A stretch of 49,337 nucleotides of DNA. It comes from an uncultured Candidatus Saccharibacteria bacterium (GTDB taxonomy: Bacteria; Patescibacteriota; Minisyncoccia; Phycocordibacterales; JAACPR01). Positions 36,323 to 44,774 of the stretch are shown here, in pieces. A model generated the notes under the pieces. It was not told the origin of the DNA, ran no database searches, and saw only the letters and a list, made by a program, of their open reading frames with translations. The stretch's first letter is position 1. Each line of letters begins with the position of its first letter. The stretch covers positions 1-49,337 of the forward strand of contig CAZPRI010000003.1 in assembly GCA_964589635.1 (NCBI GenBank), given 5' to 3'. Both the position numbers and the translations under genes were made by a program.

Positions 36323-36357
36323 AAAAAAGAGGCGCACCGAAGGTGCGCCTCTTTTTT
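36323..36357 (-). terminator. Rho-independent terminator (GAAG loop)
   Basis: AAAAAAGAGGCGCACC-GAAG-GTGCGCCTCTTTTTT. Confidence 0.85.
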
Positions 36358-36360
36358 ATT

Positions 36361-36434
36361 TGGTAGCGGGGCCCAGAATCGAACTGGGACCTTCAGGTTA
36401 TGAGCCTGACGAGGTGCCTTTCCTCCACCCCGCT
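36361..36434 (-). tRNA. tRNA-Met (CAU), initiator-like, CCA encoded
   Basis: AGCGGGGTGGAG..CTCGTCAGGCTCATAACCTGAAGGTC..CCAGTTCGATTCTGGGCCCCGCTACCA closely parallels E. coli tRNA-fMet. Confidence 0.85.
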
Positions 36435-36633
36435 ATGGATATTTTGTTTTAAAACCTTTGTATAGATATTCAATGTTACTTTAGGCATGAGCTCTATAAT
36501 ACTCTCTCGGAGGTGCCTTTCCTCCACCCCGCTATGGATATTTTGTTTTAAAACCTTTGTATAGATATTCAATGTTACTTTAGGCATGAGCTCTATAATA
36601 CTCTCTCGGAGGTGCCTTTCCTCCACCCCTCTA
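36411..36633 (-). repeat. 99-bp tandem repeat (about 2.25 units), each unit carrying the first 24-25 nt of the initiator-like tRNA plus about 74 bp of its upstream region
   Basis: Units start at 36411, 36510 and 36609. The first two units are identical by eye, and the third is truncated and diverges after CCACCCC. Confidence 0.9.
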
Positions 36634-36646
36634 TATGATCGAAATT

Positions 36647-36699
36647 CGTCATCCCAGATCGGCAGGCCGTTTACAGGCCGCAGTAGTCTGGGATCCATG
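36647..36699 (-). repeat. GC-rich palindromic element, copy R5
   Basis: CGTCATCCCAGATCGGCAGGCCGTTTACAGGCCGCAGTAGTCTGGGATCCATG has the same CGTCATCC...GGGATCCATG ends as R2 and R6. Confidence 0.7.
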
Positions 36700-36942
36700 C
36701 TTCCCTAAATCCTTAATATCCTATATATGCTATAGGTTTTGGACGAATCAAAATCTTTATCCACACCTAAGGTATTTGACATTATATATAAATCGGAGAC
36801 AATATCAAGCCCTAAAGCTGTTTCTAAGCTTGTAAATTAATAATAAATTCCAGTAAATCATATGACACATGTCCTAAGACTCTTTAAAAAAGTTGCTTAT
36901 TTTGAAATTTTTAATCTTAAAAGTGATACAATAAAATACAAG

Positions 36943-37263
36943 ATGAGCAATGTAGAATTCTTGGAAAACAATGAGTTTCATATAAAGTCTAGACAACTGC
37001 TAGGAGAGGCAACTACTCCTTCAATGGTTACCCTTCTCCTGAAAACTGGAATCGCAAAAAATGAGAAACAAGCTCTATTTATTATCTTAGGTTTTATTGG
37101 TTTTGTACTTTTCTTAACAATCTATTTAGGAAAGGTATTACTAGGAAGTCCTGAAGGTGCTCAGTTTGTGAAGGACCAATATGGAAATCAATATACATCA
37201 GAGGAGTACTTCTCACTCTTAAAAGAAGGTAAGGATCCACTCTCTCCAAACTTTAAACAATAA
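36943..37263 (+). CDS. Small membrane protein
   Basis: The ATG at 36943 is preferred. The ORF has one TM helix and abuts the pilin-like gene. Confidence 0.45.
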   Translation: MSNVEFLENNEFHIKSRQLLGEATTPSMVTLLLKTGIAKNEKQALFIILGFIGFVLFLTIYLGKVLLGSPEGAQFVKDQYGNQYTSEEYFSLLKEGKDPLSPNFKQ

Positions 37264-37797
37264 ATGAAAAATAAAAGTAGGACAAAGGAAATAGCGACTT
37301 TACATCAAGGATTTACCCTGATCGAACTTCTAGTCGTTATTTCTATCATTGCCCTACTGTCTGTGATTGTGCTTGGTTCTATACAGGATGCGAGAACGAA
37401 AGCTCAGAATACGAAAAAGAATGAAATTGCTAGACAATATTTAAATGCACTAGAATTATACTCAGTAAGTAATAATTCAAATTATCCAAGTACAAATGGA
37501 GATGATGTATGCTTAGGGTATGATGACCTAGAACCTTGTTATGGTATCTACACGGGAGATATAAATGTAAACAATATGCTGATTGATTATTATCCAGATA
37601 TGCCTAAAAACGATGACTTCATCACACCATTAACTAGTAGTTTCAATACTACAGGCATCTTATATAGTTGTAACTCTTCTACATGCATAATGTATTGGAT
37701 TCTTTCTGGAAATGATCAAAGATGCCTCTCTGACTCAACACAATATTCACCAACAGGATCTATTTTTACACGATGCACATTCGATTTATTAAATTAA
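37264..37797 (+). CDS. Type IV pilin/pseudopilin-like protein
   Basis: The prepilin leader ends ..LHQG, followed by FTLIELLVVISIIALLS with Gly at -1, Phe at +1 and Glu at +5. Confidence 0.85.
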   Translation: MKNKSRTKEIATLHQGFTLIELLVVISIIALLSVIVLGSIQDARTKAQNTKKNEIARQYLNALELYSVSNNSNYPSTNGDDVCLGYDDLEPCYGIYTGDINVNNMLIDYYPDMPKNDDFITPLTSSFNTTGILYSCNSSTCIMYWILSGNDQRCLSDSTQYSPTGSIFTRCTFDLLN

Positions 37798-37840
37798 AAT
37801 GCCTCTCGTTTTCACAAGAGGCATTAGGAAGGTTTTTTTA

Positions 37841-38521
37841 TCATCTTACACGTCGAAATAGTGATATTAAAATGAATACTCCTCCAAGAATAGAAATCGA
37901 AGGTTCAGGAATACTGGAGATGTTAATTCCAGTAAAAGTTACCCCCGCGTCAGGAGATGCTCCAGAGAAATCTCCAAAGAAATCACCAGTCAAGGTAAAT
38001 TCAGGACTATCTAGATTAAGATCGACTTTATAGAAAATTGATCCTTCATCAACCACTAGATCTTGAATTGGGCCCAGATCACCACCGAATATTCCATTCT
38101 TATACGATGTTCCTGATATTCCAGAACCAGAATCTACCACCTTTATTAAGATAGTATTAAATCCAAGAACTGGCTGTGATTGTATCGTATTTAGCCCAAC
38201 AGTAACTGATAGATTTCCTGAGCCATCATAGATAATTTCTGTTTCATAATACTCATCTATCAGAAAATTCCAATCGAATTGTCCCAAGATAAGACTATTA
38301 GAACTAGAAAAAAATTCAGCATCTGAATAGACAGTCGAGACATCTGAACTAGCATCCCCATACTTGAATCCTGCTTGCCATGCAGTAGCATTTTCAGCAA
38401 CATAGTCGTCGTACTCACTTTGACTAATCTCAGTGACTACAACGGCTGCGGAAGCCTGCGCGAGCAGGCCGAACGACAACACCCCAATGAGGGCTGCCAG
38501 GATTTTAATGATGTTTTTCAT
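37841..38521 (-). CDS. Secreted protein with a C-terminal PEP-CTERM-type sorting signal
   Basis: The ORF has a signal peptide (..LLAQASA). The C-terminus is IPEPSISILGGVFILISLFRRVR: a PEP motif, a hydrophobic helix and an Arg cluster. Confidence 0.7.
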   Translation of the reverse strand: MKNIIKILAALIGVLSFGLLAQASAAVVVTEISQSEYDDYVAENATAWQAGFKYGDASSDVSTVYSDAEFFSSSNSLILGQFDWNFLIDEYYETEIIYDGSGNLSVTVGLNTIQSQPVLGFNTILIKVVDSGSGISGTSYKNGIFGGDLGPIQDLVVDEGSIFYKVDLNLDSPEFTLTGDFFGDFSGASPDAGVTFTGINISSIPEPSISILGGVFILISLFRRVR

Positions 38522-38558
38522 CTTTGTTTTTCCTTTCTATTTTTTTGTTTGTTTGTCT

Positions 38559-38575
38559 GATCACAGAATGTGATC
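38559..38575. promoter_or_regulatory. Perfect 7-bp inverted repeat (GATCACA-GAA-TGTGATC) about 40 nt upstream of the PEP-CTERM gene start
   Basis: The palindrome is visible in the sequence. An operator role is only an inference. Confidence 0.25.
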
Positions 38576-38694
38576 GAGAACATTGCTCTGTTGCAATTAT
38601 ATACACGTATTTGTATATATGTCAATGCATTATATTAAAAATAAAACCCCTCTGTTTGTCAGACAAAGGGGTTACTTTTTTAATTTTTTGATTA

Positions 38695-38982
38695 TCACCA
38701 TACCCAACCATATCTTGGGTGCCAATATTGTGTACGATACCTTCCCCAAGGACCGTACCAAACATTACGACTTCTTCTTGATTCACGCTTCAATAATGCA
38801 ACCGAACCGACTGCTGCGGCTGCACCTAGAAGGCCGATACCTACACTCTGCGCCATTCTAGAGTTAGCCTCTACTGCACGAGCCTGTTGTTCTTGTGTGC
38901 CCGTTACAGGCATACAACTAACCAGACCAAACGAAGTCACAAGCATTACTGCCGTGACATGAATCATTTTCATGTTTTTCAT
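38695..38982 (-). CDS. Small lipoprotein with a glycine-zipper-like segment and a W/Y/R-rich tail
   Basis: The lipobox is LVSC, and GIGLLGAAAAVGSVAL is present. GC is higher than in the flanks. Confidence 0.55.
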   Translation of the reverse strand: MKNMKMIHVTAVMLVTSFGLVSCMPVTGTQEQQARAVEANSRMAQSVGIGLLGAAAAVGSVALLKRESRRSRNVWYGPWGRYRTQYWHPRYGWVW

Positions 38983-39104
38983 CAGTTCATATGTGGAGGT
39001 TTGATGTACTCCTCTTTTACCGTAGACTGAATTTATAATTATGTCAACTACTTGAGCTGAATTAACACCTTAATTGCACAAAATCAATTCATTTTCCGGC
39101 CACA

Positions 39105-39158
39105 CGTCATCCTTCATAAAAACCCACCGTCATCCTCGGGCCAAACCCGGGGACCCAT
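39105..39158 (-). repeat. GC-rich palindromic element, copy R6
   Basis: CGTCATCC..CCACCGTCATCCTCGGGCCAAACCCGGGGACCCATG is the reverse complement of the R3 type. Confidence 0.75.
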
Positions 39159-39171
39159 GTTTTTTAAAAAA

Positions 39172-39209
39172 CCTATTTTGTAGGAAAGATAAGTACAAAA
39201 TCAGTCCCC
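39172..39209 (-). repeat. Displaced copy of the 3' end of the histidine kinase gene (the original lies at 40152-40189)
   Basis: In frame the copy reads ..KGTDFVLIFPTK*, against ..KGTDFVLTFPVK* in the intact gene. The core TAAGTACAAAATCAGTCCCCTT is identical in both. Confidence 0.8.
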
Positions 39210-39234
39210 TTTTTAAGCAACATTAATAAATGTA

Positions 39235-39726
39235 TCAACTAGCATAACCCAACAGCAACTTTATTATTTCTTCTTTATATTTATCATTTAAAATATGCCC
39301 CGAACCATCAACCGTACGGTAGTCAAACTTATCCATATCTTTCCAAGATTCTTCTGAACCAAAAAGTACATGGATGAAATCTACTTCGGGTTTCAGATAT
39401 GTCATTTTTTGGATATCTTTAATATTATTAATATTTAAAAATTCCAACATTAGATCAAACTTGTCTTCATTAGAGTAATCTAATATTGGGGTTGGTGAAG
39501 CGTAGATTCCAAATTTCATAGGCGTGGATTGCTTATATGCAACCAATCCTTCTAAAGAATGTCCAATTACCACAGATTCTTTTTCAAGCTTTTTTTCTAT
39601 ATAAAAATAAATATTTTTTTCTAGTAAATCCACTTCAACAAATTCAATATCAAAAAATTTCTTTACTTTTTCTGTAAGCCAAAAATAGTCATCATCTTTT
39701 TTTTTAAAAATATAAAGTTTCTGCAT
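39235..39726 (-). CDS. Alpha/beta-hydrolase-like hypothetical protein
   Basis: The 163-aa ORF has GHSLEG (near GxSxG) and a C-terminal GSGH. The assignment is weak. Confidence 0.4.
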   Translation of the reverse strand: MQKLYIFKKKDDDYFWLTEKVKKFFDIEFVEVDLLEKNIYFYIEKKLEKESVVIGHSLEGLVAYKQSTPMKFGIYASPTPILDYSNEDKFDLMLEFLNINNIKDIQKMTYLKPEVDFIHVLFGSEESWKDMDKFDYRTVDGSGHILNDKYKEEIIKLLLGYAS

Positions 39727-39768
39727 AAAAAAACGGCTTTTGTAAGAGTGCCGTAAAACTCATTTATT

Positions 39769-40041
39769 TCAGATATCAAACTCACCATCCTTAACCGCCT
39801 TGATGAAGGAGCTCCATTCCTTTGAATTGAAGGTTAGAGTAGTATCGCTCTGATCTTTTGTGTCGCGAACCGAAACAACTCCGTCTTCTCTTTTCACAGC
39901 AACGCAAAAGCACCAACTACTACCTGTTGGTTTTCCGCAAAGAAAACCATCTCTCTCCTTCCTATTATCATATTCAGGATTTGGACTATAACGCTTTGCA
40001 GCATCTTGTTGCTCTTCCAGTGACAATTCAATCGTTTTCAT
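39769..40041 (-). CDS. DUF397-like protein
   Basis: ..CFCVAVKREDGVVSVRDTKDQSDTTLTFNSKEWSSFIKAVKDGEFD fits the DUF397 pattern (V.VRDSKDP....L.F....W..F...VK.GEFD). Confidence 0.6.
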   Translation of the reverse strand: MKTIELSLEEQQDAAKRYSPNPEYDNRKERDGFLCGKPTGSSWCFCVAVKREDGVVSVRDTKDQSDTTLTFNSKEWSSFIKAVKDGEFDI

Positions 40042-40151
40042 ATGTTTAGTTTTGTTGTTTTCCTGTTTATCGTGTACAGGTCTAAATTCATTATACTAAA
40101 AAAATAGACCTCCACCAGACAAAAATCCACAATAGTAAACGCTCCCAAGAT

Positions 40152-41528
40152 TTACTTAACAGGAAAAGTAAGTACAAAATCAGTCCCCTTTCCTTTTATA
40201 GATTCTACTGAAATTTTTCCTTTCATCTTCTCCACAAGCTGTTTTGTAATCCAAAGACCGAGACCTGTTCCTTGAACATCTTCTGTCTCTTTTGATTTAA
40301 CTCTATAAAATTTTCCGAATAATTGTGCCACTTCTTCTTGTGTCATTCCAATACCTGAATCACTAATTCGTATTTCTACTTTTTCGTTCTTTTCTCTTAC
40401 TGTCACAGTAACATTTCCTTTTTTTGTATACTTGATTGCGTTACTAATGAAATTAACAAAAATTTGTCTTAGTTTATTTTGATCAAGATAAACATTTATC
40501 TGTCCGTCATTTTCAGATTCAAATGTAAACTCTAAACCTTTTTCCTTTGCCTGCATTTCAAAGTTTTTAAACTCTTCTTTCAAAAAAGGAACCAGAGCGA
40601 ACCTCGTATATTCAAAAACCATTCTATCTTGTTCAATTCTCGAAACATCAAGCATGTCCCCCACAAGTGAAACTAATTGCTTTGATGAAACACCTATCCT
40701 TCTCGCATATTCTTTATTTTCGTCGCTTAATTCTCGTGCATCTCGCAAGAATTCTGCATACCCCCTAATAGCAGCCAGGGGAGACTTCAGCTCATGTGAC
40801 GCCATAGAAATAAAATCATCCTTAAGTGAATCGACTTCCTTCAATTTTTTATAAAGTGAAACATAGTCAATAATTTTTGCATGCCTTAGGAACAGGAGCA
40901 TAACAATGAAAAGAATTATTATAAATATTAAAATACTTGTTTTTATATTATCTCCAATTGCCTTATCAGCTTCAGAAAGCGTTTGTCTTGTTTCAATATA
41001 CCCAGCAATCTCGCCATTCTTATTTTTAAAAGCACCAATAGTTACAAAATTTCTTTCATCATCATCAAACACTTCAGTTGTATAGGAATTATCAGGATCA
41101 GAAATAGCAAACTTTGCTAACTGATTTATCTCCTCAATTTTAGAACCTTTTTCAGAAACATCTAGCGATGATTTTATAAAATATTCATTATCAACAAAAG
41201 ATACAACTTTAAAATCATTTATAGTTTGGTTACGAATAGCGATATTTGTGATGATTCTATCAAGATCTTCATGTGACTCCACATCATCAACATACTGAAT
41301 CAACGTATCATGGATTGAACCCATTCTTACATTGATCAATCTATCTTGTGCATCTTTTGCAAGAGAAATGAAGATATTTGCAATAAAAACAAATGCAAAG
41401 AAAATAACTACAGCAACAATCAATGTCCACCAGAGTTGCGGATTTGCCTTAAGTCGCAAGAAGCCTTTTTTCAACATTGATCCTTGTGTTTTTTCCATTT
41501 GGATTATTTTTTTATTTTGAATCGTCAA
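40152..41528 (-). CDS. Membrane-bound sensor histidine kinase
   Basis: The ORF has two TM helices flanking an extracytoplasmic domain, an H-box (SMASHELKSPL), an N-box (NAIKYT) and G-boxes (DSGIGM, GTGLGL). Confidence 0.9.
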   Translation of the reverse strand: MTIQNKKIIQMEKTQGSMLKKGFLRLKANPQLWWTLIVAVVIFFAFVFIANIFISLAKDAQDRLINVRMGSIHDTLIQYVDDVESHEDLDRIITNIAIRNQTINDFKVVSFVDNEYFIKSSLDVSEKGSKIEEINQLAKFAISDPDNSYTTEVFDDDERNFVTIGAFKNKNGEIAGYIETRQTLSEADKAIGDNIKTSILIFIIILFIVMLLFLRHAKIIDYVSLYKKLKEVDSLKDDFISMASHELKSPLAAIRGYAEFLRDARELSDENKEYARRIGVSSKQLVSLVGDMLDVSRIEQDRMVFEYTRFALVPFLKEEFKNFEMQAKEKGLEFTFESENDGQINVYLDQNKLRQIFVNFISNAIKYTKKGNVTVTVREKNEKVEIRISDSGIGMTQEEVAQLFGKFYRVKSKETEDVQGTGLGLWITKQLVEKMKGKISVESIKGKGTDFVLTFPVK

Positions 41529-42801
41529 TCTCCTTTTTCAGGTCGGCTAGTACATCCTTTGCATTACTTCTTCCTCCAATAACCATTAAGGCAAGAACAA
41601 CGATTGCAATCAGTATAGCTAGAGAAATTAAAATTAAATTATCTTTAAGAAAACCACCCGTCTGTGCAGCCTCAATATCGAGACCTACTATTCCAATAGA
41701 AGCAGCTTCAGCTGTTTTGGTAAAGGATACAGCATCTGATCTAGCAATAATTTTTCCTGAATTATTTACAGTCGCAACATACATTTTATGTTCTCCATCC
41801 TCCAATTCTTTATCTAACTCATAATTCCAGTCTCCATTTTTATCCGTCTTGATTGTCACGATTATTGGAGTCGAGTAAATGTAAAGAGTTATAAATGAGT
41901 TTGGTAAAGCTCTCCCCTCAAATCTTAAAGACTTCTTTTCATTCTGCTTAATAATTGAAACTGTCTCAAGTTTATATGCTTGAGTTACAAATGATTCAGA
42001 ATCCTCTCTTGGATCTTGGAATTCAATCTTTTGACCCGTCGCTGGATTTATTCCTGATAAAATCTTATCTGAATCACTCTCTTCATCTCCTGATGTGGAT
42101 GCCTGCTCGGGATCAGTATTATAAATAAATTTCTCGTCATAGTCTGAAATACCATCTCCATCAGTATCTTCGTAAACTTTTTCTCCATCTCTATTTTGAA
42201 TCAATTCTTTTCTCTGATTGATTTCTCCTTGTAACTTTAATAACGTATTTTTTATTGATCTTCTCTCTTGATCAAAATTAGCCTCAAGTCCAGTTTTTTC
42301 TTCTAAAACTCTTTCTATGTTTGAAACTTTTGACTCAACAGTGTTTGAAAAACTCTCTAATGTATCAGCATTAGTTACATTTATATTTTTTAGAGTTCTT
42401 GATACGGAATCAAAAAGATCTACCCTTGACACATCGACAGCTTTTTGTAATTCAAATGAAGGAGTGTCCATCCTTTTTCTTATATCTATAATATTTCTAT
42501 CAATCCCCTTCTTTACCTGAGCCCTAACTTCATCCTCAGCTTTCTCGGCTTCAACACGAACTTCTTCTACAGTCTCAGCAATAGATTTTAGATTTTCTTT
42601 TGTCTCTTCTATAGTTTTCTCGGTAGGACTTGTATCAAGTTTAGACTCTTCCTTAACCAAAGAAACATCCTCTAAAACCTTAACGCTATCATCAATTGGA
42701 GCTAATCTATAATCTTGAGCATATACAGCATTCAAAACAAAAAGGGAGACGAATAAAAATATTGAGACATTTATTATTTCGTATTTTCTAATGTTTTTCA
42801 T
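41512..42801 (-). CDS. Cell-surface protein with a coiled-coil region, a TSP3-like Ca-binding repeat, an Ig-like domain and a C-terminal TM anchor
   Basis: The ORF has a signal peptide, DTDGDGISDYDE, and an Ig-like beta-rich segment (..ITLYIYSTPIIVTIKTDKNGDWNYEL..). A hydrophobic helix lies near the C-terminus. Confidence 0.55.
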   Translation of the reverse strand: MKNIRKYEIINVSIFLFVSLFVLNAVYAQDYRLAPIDDSVKVLEDVSLVKEESKLDTSPTEKTIEETKENLKSIAETVEEVRVEAEKAEDEVRAQVKKGIDRNIIDIRKRMDTPSFELQKAVDVSRVDLFDSVSRTLKNINVTNADTLESFSNTVESKVSNIERVLEEKTGLEANFDQERRSIKNTLLKLQGEINQRKELIQNRDGEKVYEDTDGDGISDYDEKFIYNTDPEQASTSGDEESDSDKILSGINPATGQKIEFQDPREDSESFVTQAYKLETVSIIKQNEKKSLRFEGRALPNSFITLYIYSTPIIVTIKTDKNGDWNYELDKELEDGEHKMYVATVNNSGKIIARSDAVSFTKTAEAASIGIVGLDIEAAQTGGFLKDNLILISLAILIAIVVLALMVIGGRSNAKDVLADLKKEIDDSK

Positions 42802-42820
42802 ATAAATTTTTTATTGATTC

Positions 42821-42846
42821 GGATCCTCGCTTCTACGAGGATGATG
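42821..42846. repeat. Short member of the GC-rich hairpin family (ATCCTCG-CTTCTA-CGAGGAT followed by GATG)
   Basis: It resembles TCCCCG-CCTACA-CGGGGA-TGACGG in R4. It is followed by a 10-bp inverted repeat, GATGTAAATA at 42843-42852 and TATTTACATC at 42870-42879. Confidence 0.5.
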
Positions 42847-42877
42847 TAAATATAGTCTCTGTCACTCCTTATTTACA

Positions 42878-43867
42878 TCACTTTTTTGATAAAACTCTTG
42901 CTACAGCTTTCTTAATTGACTCGCAGTCCATTTTGTAATGCAAAACCAATTCCTCAGGATCTCCAGACTGACCGTACTGATCATTCACTCCCACGAATTC
43001 CATCAATGTTGGTTTATTCTTTGATAAAAACTCAGATACAGCAGAACCCATTCCTCCTGCAATTTGATGCTCTTCAACTGTTACAATCGCTCCAGAATCT
43101 TCTGCAATATTTAAAATTGCTTTCTCATCCAAAGGTTTAATTGTTGAGAGATTTATAACTCTTACTTTTACACCTTCTTCATCTAATTCTTTTGCAGCTT
43201 TTAAGGCTTCAAAAACTAAAGGACCCGTAGCAACAATACCTACATCTATTGTATCACCCTTGGATTCAAAAAAAGTTTGCGCTTCCCCAATTTTAAAAGG
43301 TGTTTCCTCTGTCGTAATAACAGGCGTATTCGATCGTCCTAATCTTATATATGTTGGTTCACTTGTTTTCGCCAGAGCAAGCGTAGCTTTTTTTGCCTCT
43401 ATATGATCGCAGGGAGAAATGACAACAACGTTTGGTAATACTCTCATTATTGCAATATCCTCCAGTGCTTGATGTGTTCCACCATCTGGTCCTGTGGAAA
43501 CACCAGCATGAGAACCAATTATTTTTACAGGTTGATCGTTATAACAAATTGTAGTTCTTATTTGTTCCCAATTTCTTCCTGGTGAAAAAGTTGCGTAACC
43601 AGCAATAAAAGGAATCTTCCCCATGGCTGCCATACCTGAACCCATTGAGGCCATATGTTGTTCTGTAATTCCTACTTGAAAAAATCTTTCTGGGAACTCC
43701 TCTGCAAACCAATGCATTCTTGTTGACTCTGTTAGATCAGCACAAAGTCCTACTATTCTTTCGTCCATTTTTGCAGCCTCAACAAGCCCATGACCCATAC
43801 CATCTCTAGTTGGAACTTTTTCAACGTCACTATTGAAAATATTTGGATTTAAATTTAAATTACTCAT
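42878..43867 (-). CDS. Transketolase, C-terminal (pyrimidine-binding) subunit
   Basis: The 329-aa ORF has ..FQVGITEQHM....GMA..G.IPF and overlaps the N-terminal subunit gene by 8 nt. Confidence 0.9.
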   Translation of the reverse strand: MSNLNLNPNIFNSDVEKVPTRDGMGHGLVEAAKMDERIVGLCADLTESTRMHWFAEEFPERFFQVGITEQHMASMGSGMAAMGKIPFIAGYATFSPGRNWEQIRTTICYNDQPVKIIGSHAGVSTGPDGGTHQALEDIAIMRVLPNVVVISPCDHIEAKKATLALAKTSEPTYIRLGRSNTPVITTEETPFKIGEAQTFFESKGDTIDVGIVATGPLVFEALKAAKELDEEGVKVRVINLSTIKPLDEKAILNIAEDSGAIVTVEEHQIAGGMGSAVSEFLSKNKPTLMEFVGVNDQYGQSGDPEELVLHYKMDCESIKKAVARVLSKK

Positions 43868-44729
43868 GTTCGCTTTCTATTTTACCTCGTAAAGTTCTCA
43901 AATCTTTCAACGCTTTCTTTGCCTCTTCTTCATTAGGTGGTTTTCCATGCCAAACAGGAAGTCTTTCAAAGTCACTCACACCTTTTCCTGGTATTGTATT
44001 TGCGATAATTACAGACGGCATATCAAATATAGCTTTTGCTTGATGAATAGCATTATCAATTGCTTCAATATTATGTCCATCTATTTCTTGAACATGCCAA
44101 TTAAAAGCAGCGAATTTATCATTTAAAGCATTTAGGGGTAAAACATCTTCTGTATATCCATCAATTTGAATATTATTTCTATCGACAATAACAATTAAAT
44201 TGTGTGGCTTGTATTTAGCAGCAACCATTATTGCTTCCCAATTCTGACCTTCTTGTAATTCACCATCACCGGTTAGACAATAGAAAAACTTGTTCGAGGT
44301 TTTTCCTGAATTAATTCTATCTGCAAGTACCATACCTAATGCTTGTGATATTCCTGAACCAAGTGGGCCAGAAGAAGTCTCGATTCCAGGTAGAAATTCT
44401 CTGTGAGGATGTCCCTGCAATCTTGAACCGAGTTTCCTTAAAGTCATCAACTCATCAACCGGAAAATAACCTGAATGTGCCATTGTTGCATAAAGTACCG
44501 GATTTATGTGACCATTCGATAGAACTAATCTATCCCTTTCTTCCCAATCTGGTTTTTGCGGATCATGATTTAATTCATAGAAATATAAATATGCAAAAAT
44601 ATCGCTCATACCAAGTGGTCCAGCTGTGTGACCTGAACCTGCTTCAAGTAACATTTCTATAATTGATTGTCTTATATCATTGGCTTTCTCTCTTATTTTT
44701 AAAACTTCTTTGTCTGTTATATTTCCCAT
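43860..44729 (-). CDS. Transketolase, N-terminal (TPP-binding) subunit
   Basis: GSGHTAGPLGMSDI, GHPH.. and GDGELQEGQNWEA are present. The ATG at 44729 is preferred, because the longer ORF-track N-terminus runs into the REP hairpin. Confidence 0.9.
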   Translation of the reverse strand: MGNITDKEVLKIREKANDIRQSIIEMLLEAGSGHTAGPLGMSDIFAYLYFYELNHDPQKPDWEERDRLVLSNGHINPVLYATMAHSGYFPVDELMTLRKLGSRLQGHPHREFLPGIETSSGPLGSGISQALGMVLADRINSGKTSNKFFYCLTGDGELQEGQNWEAIMVAAKYKPHNLIVIVDRNNIQIDGYTEDVLPLNALNDKFAAFNWHVQEIDGHNIEAIDNAIHQAKAIFDMPSVIIANTIPGKGVSDFERLPVWHGKPPNEEEAKKALKDLRTLRGKIESEHE

Positions 44730-44774
44730 TAGACAAATTATAACAAATTTTCCAAAATTAAAATGCAAAGTGAT

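Noticed and set aside
36411-36633. Possible CRISPR array, considered for this tandem repeat and for the dispersed GC-rich hairpins
   Set aside because: The 99-bp units are directly abutting with no unique spacers and contain tRNA sequence. The GC-rich palindromes are scattered singly in intergenic regions. No cas genes are present in the window.
36393-36698. 101-aa minus-strand ORF with an internal 33-aa repeat
   Set aside because: The protein repeat is simply the translation of the 99-bp DNA tandem repeat, and the ORF overlaps the tRNA gene itself.
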